In this document: piece after piece, positions 56,700-64,000 of the stretch
Layout: each line of letters opens with the position of its first letter
How positions within the stretch are numbered: position 1 is the first letter of the stretch
Assembly (NCBI GenBank): GCA_965277805.1
Contig: OZ255842.1
Coordinates: 928,001 to 992,000 of the forward strand
From: Candidatus Lustribacter sp.
Lineage (GTDB): Bacteria > Vulcanimicrobiota > Vulcanimicrobiia > Vulcanimicrobiales > Vulcanimicrobiaceae
Direction of reading: 5' to 3'
Length of the DNA: 64,000 bases
Notes under the pieces: model-generated
What the model was told of the DNA's origin: nothing
The model's input: only the letters and a program-made list of their open reading frames with translations
Databases searched by the model: none
Made by a program: the position numbers and the translations under genes

Positions 56700-56729
56700 G
56701 TCACCCCGAGCTTGTCGAGGGGCAGCCAC
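56700..56729 (+). repeat. REP-like repeat, copy 5
   Basis: GTCACCCCGAGCTTGTCGAGGGGCAGCCAC. Confidence 0.82.
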
Positions 56730-56771
56730 AATTCGCCGGGAACGCAGTCATCCCGGCAAGAATCCGGGTGC

Positions 56772-57179
56772 ATGCCGGCCCGGCGAATGTTCGGCTTGAG
56801 CATCGTGGCTGCAACGTGTCTAAACGTCGCCGCCTACGTCGTGGCCGCGCGGGCTACGCACCTCGACCGCGCCTGGTTCTGGATTGCGCTCGCCGCCGCG
56901 GCGTTCGTGTGGGCGCCCAAACAACTCCCGAGCGTGCAAGCGTCGACGGCGAGCTCGTCGCTGCTCTCCGCGCCGCGTGCGGCACTGTCCGCAATCGTCT
57001 TGTGGGCATTGTTTTTCGGCAAGGCCGTTGGCTGGAATGCGGTCGTCGAGTACGGCATGGGCGCCTGGCTCATCGTGCTACTGCTGGTCGTGTTCGTTAT
57101 GCTCGGCGTTGTCGCGATTCACTTCGCGTCAGGCGGTCGCTTCTTAGCGTTCAAGTCAAACGAGCGCATCATCAAGTGA
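56772..57179 (+). CDS. Hypothetical membrane protein (about 4 TM segments)
   Basis: Four hydrophobic segments in the distal part of ORF 56292-57179; start uncertain. Confidence 0.5.
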   Translation: MPARRMFGLSIVAATCLNVAAYVVAARATHLDRAWFWIALAAAAFVWAPKQLPSVQASTASSSLLSAPRAALSAIVLWALFFGKAVGWNAVVEYGMGAWLIVLLLVVFVMLGVVAIHFASGGRFLAFKSNERIIK

Positions 57180-58197
57180 CGTCGCGCGCGCCGACCGGAA
57201 ACCCGGGCGCGAGCATTGCGCCTGCCTCGAGCGGACGTTCGATCAGCTTGTACTTGTAGGCGAAATCGAGCGGGCGCTGGAGTTCAGGCAACGTGACTGC
57301 AACGGCGCTCGTTGCACGAACCGAACTTCGCACCTGCGACGGGTCTTGACCGGTAAATTTCGCGACCAGGTCGACCGTCGCGTCTTGATGCGCGTTTGTG
57401 TAACGCCCCGCTTGAGCCATGACCGTTTGGAAAGCTTTCACCGCCTGGGGATTCTTCACGATGAAATCGTCGCTCGCGATCCACGCCGAAATGAGGAAGC
57501 GTGGAGCAACGGCGTCGAGCGGCTTGCCCAAGAGACGCGCTTTTCCGCCGGCAAGAGCGACCGAGAGAAACGGCGCCTTGAACACGCCGGCATCGATGCG
57601 TCCGCCCAGCAATGCGGCGAGTTGTTCGGGCGGCGGGATCTCGACCGGCTTGAGGCTTGCGCCGTCGCCGCCGCCGTTATCGACCCAGCCGCGCGTAGCG
57701 AGCGTGTAGAGGTCCTTGAGCGAGTCCACGCCGATGACTTTGCCGTTCAAGTCGCTCGCCGAGCGGATCGGCGAATCGGCCTTCACGAGCAGCACCGAAT
57801 CGGCGTGATCGCTGAGATAGAACGCTTCGGGCGCGATAAACTTCACCGGGATGTCGTGCGCGATCGCAGCGAACGTCGCGAACAGGCTGCCCGCGGCGAT
57901 ATCTGCCGAACCGCCGACCAGCGCCGTGAGGCTCGCCGCGCTGCTGCCGGTGTTGACCAGGTCGATCGCCAGTCCGTGCGCGGCAAACACGTTTTGCTGC
58001 TGCGCCCACAGCAGCGTTTTGACCGCGTCGGTCCGCACCGTGAGGATCCGCAGCGTCTGCAACGCCTGGGCCCGAGCCGGTGCAGCCTGCACGAGCGGCG
58101 CCAATGGCGCTGCAACGGCAAGACGTATGAAGCGGCCGATCGAAAGAGCGCATGATCTGGTTTTATGACGGCTGCCGACGGCGTCCCCTTCTACCAA
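57172..58197 (-). CDS. ABC transporter substrate-binding protein (SsuA/TauA/THI5-like)
   Basis: 'FAAHGLAIDLV', 'ALVGGSADIA', 'SPIRSASDLNGKVIGV', 'AALLGGRIDA'; signal-like 'PARAQ'; start uncertain. Confidence 0.85.
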   Translation of the reverse strand: MVEGDAVGSRHKTRSCALSIGRFIRLAVAAPLAPLVQAAPARAQALQTLRILTVRTDAVKTLLWAQQQNVFAAHGLAIDLVNTGSSAASLTALVGGSADIAAGSLFATFAAIAHDIPVKFIAPEAFYLSDHADSVLLVKADSPIRSASDLNGKVIGVDSLKDLYTLATRGWVDNGGGDGASLKPVEIPPPEQLAALLGGRIDAGVFKAPFLSVALAGGKARLLGKPLDAVAPRFLISAWIASDDFIVKNPQAVKAFQTVMAQAGRYTNAHQDATVDLVAKFTGQDPSQVRSSVRATSAVAVTLPELQRPLDFAYKYKLIERPLEAGAMLAPGFPVGARDVT

Positions 58198-58201
58198 AGC
58201 A

Positions 58202-58236
58202 GAAGGCCCCGGCGATGATGCCGAGGCCTTCCTTTG
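58202..58236. terminator. Putative intrinsic terminator hairpin
   Basis: GAAGGCCCCGGC-GATGAT-GCCGAGGCCTTC with short T-runs on both strands. Confidence 0.5.
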
Positions 58237-58245
58237 ATTATCTGA

Positions 58246-58446
58246 TTATCGTTCGTCCGTATACGTGCTGATGATTCGGTTGCTGTGGATTTCTTCTTTG
58301 TGGTACTCGGCAACAAGGGCGAGCCATCCGTCCCAATCCCGGAACTTTCGCTCGGTTCGGCGGCGCGATTCTTGCGCGTTGTAGACCTGGCCGGGGAACA
58401 TGTAACGCGCGCGACGGTGGTTGCTATCTCTCGGGAGTAAGTTCAT
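58246..58446 (-). CDS. Small hypothetical protein in the lower-GC islet
   Basis: ATG at 58446 preceded by GGGAGG; no recognisable motif. Confidence 0.35.
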   Translation of the reverse strand: MNLLPRDSNHRRARYMFPGQVYNAQESRRRTERKFRDWDGWLALVAEYHKEEIHSNRIISTYTDER

Positions 58447-58573
58447 CGCTAACGCCCCTCCCTTCGATGCGATTTGCGGAGACGTCAAGGTCCATTTTTC
58501 CACTTGCATGCGTTCCGAAACAGAGAAACGTTAAGCGCTCGAAAGAAAAGGCTACCGCGCTCGATCTGTGGGG

Positions 58574-59194
58574 TCAGTCGTCTGGAGTGAAAGGTTCCAT
58601 CCTCACGTCGTTCATGTTTATCGGAAGCTCATTAAACGTACGTTGAGGGCCGGCAAGTAATTGGAGCGGCAACGAATCGTCAGAAGCGTATTCGGTCTTG
58701 CGATATTCATTGAAGACATTTTTGAACGAAACGGTCAGCATCGAGTTTTGCAGCAGGTTGCCGTCTCGTGCAGCGCTCTTCATGTACGTGACAAATCGAA
58801 CCGGCTCTGATTGTCCGGCAACAAGAGTACCAATAGGTTCCCCTTGGCGGTTGATGTTCAACCCTGGAACACTGAGAAAGACGACACCACTTAGGGCAGG
58901 CGCCGAGGACGTCGGATTTAGTGCCGTTGCCTCGACAATGAGTTCGTGAGTGCCCGGGATGAAGTAAATCCTGGCGTCCGTTAGCACGATGAGGCCGGTA
59001 AGCTGTTGCCGATGGTGCAAATCGTCTTGGGCGGTTTGCCGCGCAGCATCCTCGCGGGCAAGCTTCGCATCCTTTGCCATTGATGACGTTCGGAGTGCAA
59101 GCCAGAATGTGCCGAGTGCTAGCAATCCTGTGCAGACCGCAACATAGAAGTCCGGAGTGTGCCAGATGTCAGGTTCGGGCGGGAAGATGAACAC
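58574..59194 (-). CDS. Hypothetical protein with an N-terminal TM helix (lower GC)
   Basis: 'FYVAVCTGLLALGTFWLALRT' TM followed by a soluble domain; codon usage atypical for the window. Confidence 0.65.
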   Translation of the reverse strand: MFIFPPEPDIWHTPDFYVAVCTGLLALGTFWLALRTSSMAKDAKLAREDAARQTAQDDLHHRQQLTGLIVLTDARIYFIPGTHELIVEATALNPTSSAPALSGVVFLSVPGLNINRQGEPIGTLVAGQSEPVRFVTYMKSAARDGNLLQNSMLTVSFKNVFNEYRKTEYASDDSLPLQLLAGPQRTFNELPINMNDVRMEPFTPDD

Positions 59195-59218
59195 GTATAC
59201 CTACAACCAGACGCGTGA

Positions 59219-59260
59219 GGAAAAACGAAAAGGCACTCTACGCTGCGGCGTGAGTGCCCT
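59219..59260 (-). terminator. Intrinsic terminator downstream of tRNA-Pro
   Basis: GGCACTC...GAGTGCC stem followed on the - strand by TTTTCGTTTTT. Confidence 0.7.
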
Positions 59261-59265
59261 CTCAA

Positions 59266-59342
<77 letters not shown>

Positions 59343-59400
59343 ACGAGTAGGTGCTTGGGGTTTGGGATGACTCCGGCGCTTTCCCGCCAAGGACGGCCCG

Positions 59401-59802
59401 GTGAAAGCGACGATGTTTGCCGACGGCGGTTCGCGGGGGAATCCGGGCCCGGCCGCGTCGGGAGCGGTGGTCTTCGACGAAGCCGGCGCCGTCTTGCGCG
59501 AAGTGGGTACGTTTCTCGGCGTGGCCACCAACAACGTCGCGGAATGGACGGGGCTGCTTACGGGCCTCGAGGCGGCGCTCGAGCTGGGCGTCGACGACCT
59601 TTCCGTGCGGCTCGATTCCGAGCTCGTGGTGAAGCAGATCAGCGGCGCGTACCGCGTCAAGAACGAGGGGCTGATCCCGCTGCACGCCAAGGCGAAGGCG
59701 CTGCTGCGGAAGTTCGCGCACGTCGAGGTGAAGCACGTGCCGCGCAAGCAGAACGCCGCGGCCGACGCGCTCGTTAACCAGGTACTCGATGCTCACCGTT
59801 AG
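59401..59802 (+). CDS. rnhA: Ribonuclease HI family protein (archaeal/Gram-positive type)
   Basis: 'ADGGSRGNPG', 'TNNVAEW', 'DSELVVKQ', 'HVPRKQNAAADAL'. Confidence 0.92.
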   Translation: MKATMFADGGSRGNPGPAASGAVVFDEAGAVLREVGTFLGVATNNVAEWTGLLTGLEAALELGVDDLSVRLDSELVVKQISGAYRVKNEGLIPLHAKAKALLRKFAHVEVKHVPRKQNAAADALVNQVLDAHR

Positions 59803-59819
59803 CAGCCCCGGCTGACCCG

Positions 59820-60464
59820 ATGCGCCGGTTCCCCGTCACCCTGCTCGTTCTCGTCGCGGTCGTCGTTGCGGTCGTGGGCGGCTGGCTTTTGTTCGCCAAG
59901 AGCGAGCACGACCGGTTTGTCGCCGTCCAAAAAGTCGGCGAGCAGCGCTCCGAAATTCGTCTCACGTATACGCTTTCGCACACCGGCGGCGCCATTGCGC
60001 GCGAAGTGTGGTTCTTTCAGAACATCAACGGTCACTCAACCGCCACCTATACGGCCGTCGACCGGCACGGCAACAAGGCCACCTTCGACGAGCAGATCGT
60101 CAACTACGACGTGACCTTTCTGTTCGACCGGGTCGTGGCCGACGGGATCTGGGAGTTGGAGACCCGCCCCTTCCGCGGTTCGTCCCAAACGCTGCACATC
60201 GTGGAGATCGCGCAAACCGCGGGCAAGGACCACGGTTCGCACCGCTTCCAGTTCAGCGACGCGCATTACATCGCGACCGAAGCCGGCCGCGAATATCATA
60301 TCCATCTCGACCCGCATAAGCCGGTACCGGATTTGATGAGCCTGCAATCGACCTCGACGGCCGATCCGCGCTACGAAAAGATCGCGACCGACTTCGAACA
60401 GTTCGGTTCGCCGCGTTTCAAGGCGACGATCGCCCAGGCGCGGGCCAAGCTCCTAAAGGGTTAG
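59820..60464 (+). CDS. Membrane-anchored hypothetical protein
   Basis: N-terminal TM; host-like codon usage; co-oriented between rnhA and the next gene. Confidence 0.65.
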   Translation: MRRFPVTLLVLVAVVVAVVGGWLLFAKSEHDRFVAVQKVGEQRSEIRLTYTLSHTGGAIAREVWFFQNINGHSTATYTAVDRHGNKATFDEQIVNYDVTFLFDRVVADGIWELETRPFRGSSQTLHIVEIAQTAGKDHGSHRFQFSDAHYIATEAGREYHIHLDPHKPVPDLMSLQSTSTADPRYEKIATDFEQFGSPRFKATIAQARAKLLKG

Positions 60465-60491
60465 CTTGGCCTAACGCCGTCGTAAGCTGAT

Positions 60492-62162
60492 ATGGTCGTC
60501 ATCGCGGCGGCGGCGTTCCTCGCGCTCGGGTTGCTTCACTTCGATTTTTCGCGGGAGTGGTGGCGCGGGCAGTCGGTGCGCCTCGTCATCGGGATCCCGC
60601 TGTGTCTGCTCTACGCCTACCTGGTGATGCCGCCGCTCGTGTTCCCGCAGGCCATCACGCTGCTGCTGATCACGCTCATTCCGAACGTTGGGCTCACGAT
60701 CGCCGAAGCCGCGCGCAAGATCGTCGTTTCGCGGCGCATCGTCAGCATTCGCCGCACGCCGATTCTCCCGCCGGCGATCGTGCTCGGCGCGGTGCTGGTG
60801 TTTGCCGGCATCCTCACGATTCTGCCGATCGTCGATGCGAGCGGCTTGCGCGACATCACCGGCGTGACGATCACCTCGGACAAGCCGCCGACGGCCGATC
60901 TGCGACACGTGCGCGTGGTGCCCGAAGAGTCCGCGATCTTCTCCGGCTCGAAAGTGCTCGGACAGCTCGGCGCCTACTATCGCGTCGGCGAGTACAGCGT
61001 GCAGTCGGAGAACGGCAAGCTCGTGTGGGTGGCGCCGCTCGATTTCCAGGGCGTGATTCAGTGGCTCGCGCGCGGCACGAGTCCGGGCGTGATCGTCGTT
61101 AGCGCGGAGAACCCCGACACACCGGCGGAATTGCGCCAGCGCCAGCCGCTGCGTTACATTCCCTCGGCGCTCCTGAACACGAACCTGATGCGCCACGTCT
61201 ACATGAGTTACGGTACCGAGCTGCTGCTCGAAACGACGCTGCAGCTCGACGCGGCCGGCGATCCCAAGTACATCGTGACGCTCGGCCGTCCGACGATCGG
61301 CTGGAGCGGCGAAACCGTTACCGCCGTCGTGATCGTCGACCCCACAACCGGCGCGATGCAGCGCATCCCGCGCGAGCAGTTCGCGAGCTTGCCGGCATGG
61401 ATCAGCCGCGTGTATCCGGCCGACCTTGCGCTGGAGTACAACGATTGGCTCGGGCGCTACGTGCACGGCTGGTGGAATTCGATTGTGACGAAACGCGACG
61501 TGCACTTGCCGGTGCGCGATGAGGTGTTCGGGCTCTTGCTCGACGCGAACCGCTTCGTCTGGTTTGCCGATCACACATCGCCCAATGCGACCGACGATTC
61601 GATGACCGGCTTCACCTACATGGACAGCCGCACCGGCGCGATGACGTACTACACCTCGGCCGGCGGCGAGTTTAACAGCGTTGCGGCCGAACGCTCGGTC
61701 AGCGCCAATCCGATCATCACGCAAGGCCGCCTGATTCCCACCCAGCCGATCCTCTACAATATTGGGCAGAATACATGGGTCGTGCCGGCCGTCGCGAGCA
61801 ACGGAAAGTTCCAAACCCTCGCGCTCGTGCAGGCGGCAGGCGGCCACGTCGTGGTCGGCAACTCGTCGTCGTCGGCGCCGGTGGCGGACGCGTTCGCGCA
61901 GTACCGGGCCTTCCTCGGCGGCAGCACGGAGAATTCGGGCGCCGAGACGACGATCTCGGGCACCATCGATCGCTTCATCGCCACCGGCAACCGTATTCTC
62001 TTCACCATTCGCGGCCGGGCACAGATTTTCACGATCTCCGACCCGTCGGATGCGAGCGCGCTCTTGGCCCGCAGCGGCGACGCGGTCCGGTTTACGGCCA
62101 CCGCCCCGCAGGATGGCACGGCTCTCGTACGGGAGTTCCACGACCGGACCCTGGGTGAATGA
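60492..62162 (+). CDS. Conserved-type hypothetical membrane protein (N-terminal TMs + large extracytoplasmic domain)
   Basis: About 4 TM segments, then 'LVWVAPLDF', 'YIPSA...NLMRHVY', 'PAWISRVYP'; stop overlaps the next start. Confidence 0.7.
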   Translation: MVVIAAAAFLALGLLHFDFSREWWRGQSVRLVIGIPLCLLYAYLVMPPLVFPQAITLLLITLIPNVGLTIAEAARKIVVSRRIVSIRRTPILPPAIVLGAVLVFAGILTILPIVDASGLRDITGVTITSDKPPTADLRHVRVVPEESAIFSGSKVLGQLGAYYRVGEYSVQSENGKLVWVAPLDFQGVIQWLARGTSPGVIVVSAENPDTPAELRQRQPLRYIPSALLNTNLMRHVYMSYGTELLLETTLQLDAAGDPKYIVTLGRPTIGWSGETVTAVVIVDPTTGAMQRIPREQFASLPAWISRVYPADLALEYNDWLGRYVHGWWNSIVTKRDVHLPVRDEVFGLLLDANRFVWFADHTSPNATDDSMTGFTYMDSRTGAMTYYTSAGGEFNSVAAERSVSANPIITQGRLIPTQPILYNIGQNTWVVPAVASNGKFQTLALVQAAGGHVVVGNSSSSAPVADAFAQYRAFLGGSTENSGAETTISGTIDRFIATGNRILFTIRGRAQIFTISDPSDASALLARSGDAVRFTATAPQDGTALVREFHDRTLGE

Positions 62163-62737
62163 AACAGCTCTCCACACGCCGGCTCGACCTGCTTCCCGTC
62201 GACACGCGCAACGCGCGCGAGTTGTGGCGGATTCTCAACGCGCCCGACTTGCGGAAGTATCAGGACATTCCGCGCATTCCGGCTGAGGATTTCGAGCGCC
62301 AGGTGCGCAGCCGCCCGCGCGCGCTCGACGGCCGTTCGACCGGCCGCTTCGAGTGGCTTTTGCAAACGAACGGCGAACCGGTGCGCGCGATCGGCTGGAT
62401 CTCGTTGCGGGTGAACGACCGCACGCCGCACATCGGCGAAATCGGTTATAGCTTAGTTGAAGACGCGCGCGGCTGCGGCTACGCAACGGAAGCGCTCGGC
62501 GCGGCGATCGATGAGGCGTTCGCGGCCGGCGAACTCGAAGAGATGCAAGCCTGTTGCGTGCCCGAAAATCTGCCCTCACGCGCGGTGCTCAACCGGGCCG
62601 GCTTTTCCGAAGAGCGGACGATTCGCGGCGGTGCCGTGATTCGCGGGCGTCACGTCGACGTCGTGCTCTATCGCATGACGCGGTCTGAATGGCGGCGCCT
62701 CAATATGCCGGCGGCTCGTCGCCAAATGCAATCGTAA
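62159..62737 (+). CDS. GNAT acetyltransferase (RimJ/RimL family)
   Basis: 'GEIGYSL...ARGCGYATEAL', 'NLPSRAVLNRAGF'. Confidence 0.88.
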   Translation: MKQLSTRRLDLLPVDTRNARELWRILNAPDLRKYQDIPRIPAEDFERQVRSRPRALDGRSTGRFEWLLQTNGEPVRAIGWISLRVNDRTPHIGEIGYSLVEDARGCGYATEALGAAIDEAFAAGELEEMQACCVPENLPSRAVLNRAGFSEERTIRGGAVIRGRHVDVVLYRMTRSEWRRLNMPAARRQMQS

Positions 62738-63176
62738 TTCCGGCGTCGAGATAGCCGAAGTACCGCTGCGCCGGGTCGGCGAGATGGGCCACCAGCGGTT
62801 CCCGCACGACGCGCACGTTCAGGACGTTCGCAAGCTCGGCGCGCGGCACCCAGCGGCATTCGCGCACGTGGTCGTCGCCGGGCGGAACGTGCGGCTCGCC
62901 TTCGGCTTCGATCGTGAACACGAACGCGGTGAACTGCGTTTCGGTCGAAGCATCGAACGACTCGGCCACGTAGGCTAAGCCCGTCACGCGCGCCGCGAGC
63001 GAGGTCTCTTCACGCAGTTCGCGCACCGCCGCCATCGCGCAGGTTTCGCGGCCTTCCTGGCGCCCGCCGGGCAAGCCCCATAACAGCTCCGCGTGGTTCG
63101 GGTACGCGCTTGCGACGACGAGGATGCGGCCGTCGCGTTCGAGCAGCCCGTTGCAGAGATGGATGCGCCGGTACAC
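62700..63176 (-). CDS. NUDIX hydrolase
   Basis: Nudix box 'GGRQEGRETCAMAAVRELREETSL'. Confidence 0.85.
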   Translation of the reverse strand: MYRRIHLCNGLLERDGRILVVASAYPNHAELLWGLPGGRQEGRETCAMAAVRELREETSLAARVTGLAYVAESFDASTETQFTAFVFTIEAEGEPHVPPGDDHVRECRWVPRAELANVLNVRVVREPLVAHLADPAQRYFGYLDAGITIAFGDEPPAY

Positions 63177-63220
63177 GAACGCGGAGTTCGACGCCGCGCG
63201 CAGAATCGCTCGCTGCGGCC

Positions 63221-63658
63221 ATGCACGTGGAGTTATTCGATATTCATGATACCGAACGGATGGCGGCGGCGTTCTCCGTGCGCGTGCCGGTATTCGTCGA
63301 CGAGCAGCACGTGCCGGCGGAAGAAGAGATCGACGAACACGACCGCACCGATACCGAAGCGCGTCACGCGCTCGTGCGCGACGGCGACGTGCCGGTTGCT
63401 GCCGGGCGCTACTTCCGCATCGGCACCACGGCGCAGGTCGGGCGCATGGCCGTGCTGGCGGCGTATCGCGGCCGCGGTATCGGGCGGCTCGTGCTGGACG
63501 CCCTCGTCGGCGATGCCCGCGCGCGCGGCTATGCGCGCGTGGCGCTCAACGCGCAAGACCACGCCGTCGCGTTTTATACGAAGGCCGGGTTCACGCCGTT
63601 TGGCGAAACGCTGGTGGAATGCGATATCCTCCACCAGCCGATGGAACTCGCGCTATAA
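63221..63658 (+). CDS. GNAT acetyltransferase (ElaA/YjcF-like)
   Basis: 'VFVDEQHVP.EEEIDEHD', 'VGRMAVLAAYRGRGIG', 'LNAQDHAVAFY..AGF', 'ILHQPM'. Confidence 0.88.
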   Translation: MHVELFDIHDTERMAAAFSVRVPVFVDEQHVPAEEEIDEHDRTDTEARHALVRDGDVPVAAGRYFRIGTTAQVGRMAVLAAYRGRGIGRLVLDALVGDARARGYARVALNAQDHAVAFYTKAGFTPFGETLVECDILHQPMELAL

Positions 63659-64000
63659 GCCGGCGAGATCCGTGACGACGGAGATGATGCCGTCGTGCTT
63701 GGCTTCGGAGAACGCCTTGTCGATTGCGGCTTCGCGCGTTGCCGCGCCGACGAGCGCGATGATCGCATACGCGGCGAAGGCCGGCGTGCTCTTCGCGGTG
63801 CCCGCGGCTTGAAGCCGTTCGAGGTAGCTCGCCATCTGTTCGACGTTCGCTTCGAAACGGCGTTGACGTTCGGCAACGACGGCCCAGTCGTGGTTGCTGG
63901 TGACGTGCCAGGCGCGGAAGAGCCCCGGGCGCAGCAGCACGGCGGCGATCGCTTCGCGCACCCAGGCGACGAGCTTTGCCCGCTCGCTGCCGGCGTCGCC
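63653..64000 (-). CDS. Hypothetical helical protein, 5'-truncated by the window edge
   Basis: Frame is open from 64000 to the stop at 63653; no motif recognised. Confidence 0.45.
   Translation of the reverse strand, partial: GDAGSERAKLVAWVREAIAAVLLRPGLFRAWHVTSNHDWAVVAERQRRFEANVEQMASYLERLQAAGTAKSTPAFAAYAIIALVGAATREAAIDKAFSEAKHDGIISVVTDLAGL

Noticed and set aside
1402-56729. Repeat copies as a CRISPR array or IS ends
   Set aside because: The copies are dispersed, not regularly spaced with unique spacers; no cas or transposase genes are in the window.

Overview
High-GC bacterial chromosomal window. By inference it comes from a Terrabacteria-type diderm such as Eremiobacterota/Vulcanimicrobiota: it has a Gram-positive-type LexA box, a Firmicutes-like flagellar gene order and an outer-membrane beta-barrel. 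Contents in order: a partial Vgb-like beta-propeller gene and an ArsR regulator; recA-recX; GH125; purA; a ~25 kb flagellar cluster (fliFGHIJ, motE/ylxF-like, fliK, flgD, TIGR02530-type, flgE, an inserted trio of TPR-fused modifying enzymes, flbD, motAB, fliM, fliY/N, fliOPQR, flhBA, PilZ brake); rlmD; a 12.8 kb six-gene DUF11/beta-barrel/CAP surface-structure locus; gatCAB-mutS2-tyrS; hslO; HU; a cNMP-cNMP-PqqD(RRE)-M50 protease paired with an NHLP-like small peptide; a VOC gene between REP-like repeats; an orphan ABC substrate-binding protein; a lower-GC islet beside tRNA-Pro(GGG); RNase HI; and several GNAT/NUDIX/hypothetical genes. Two candidate undescribed systems stand out. (1) The DUF11 locus shows a split-domain pattern (N-terminal donor strands, C-terminal incomplete domains) that suggests a donor-strand-complemented, possibly isopeptide-cross-linked surface fibre with its own outer-membrane channel. 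(2) The protease-peptide pair looks like a cyclic-nucleotide-gated intramembrane peptide-processing or signalling module. All family calls come from motif recognition by eye; no database search was run.
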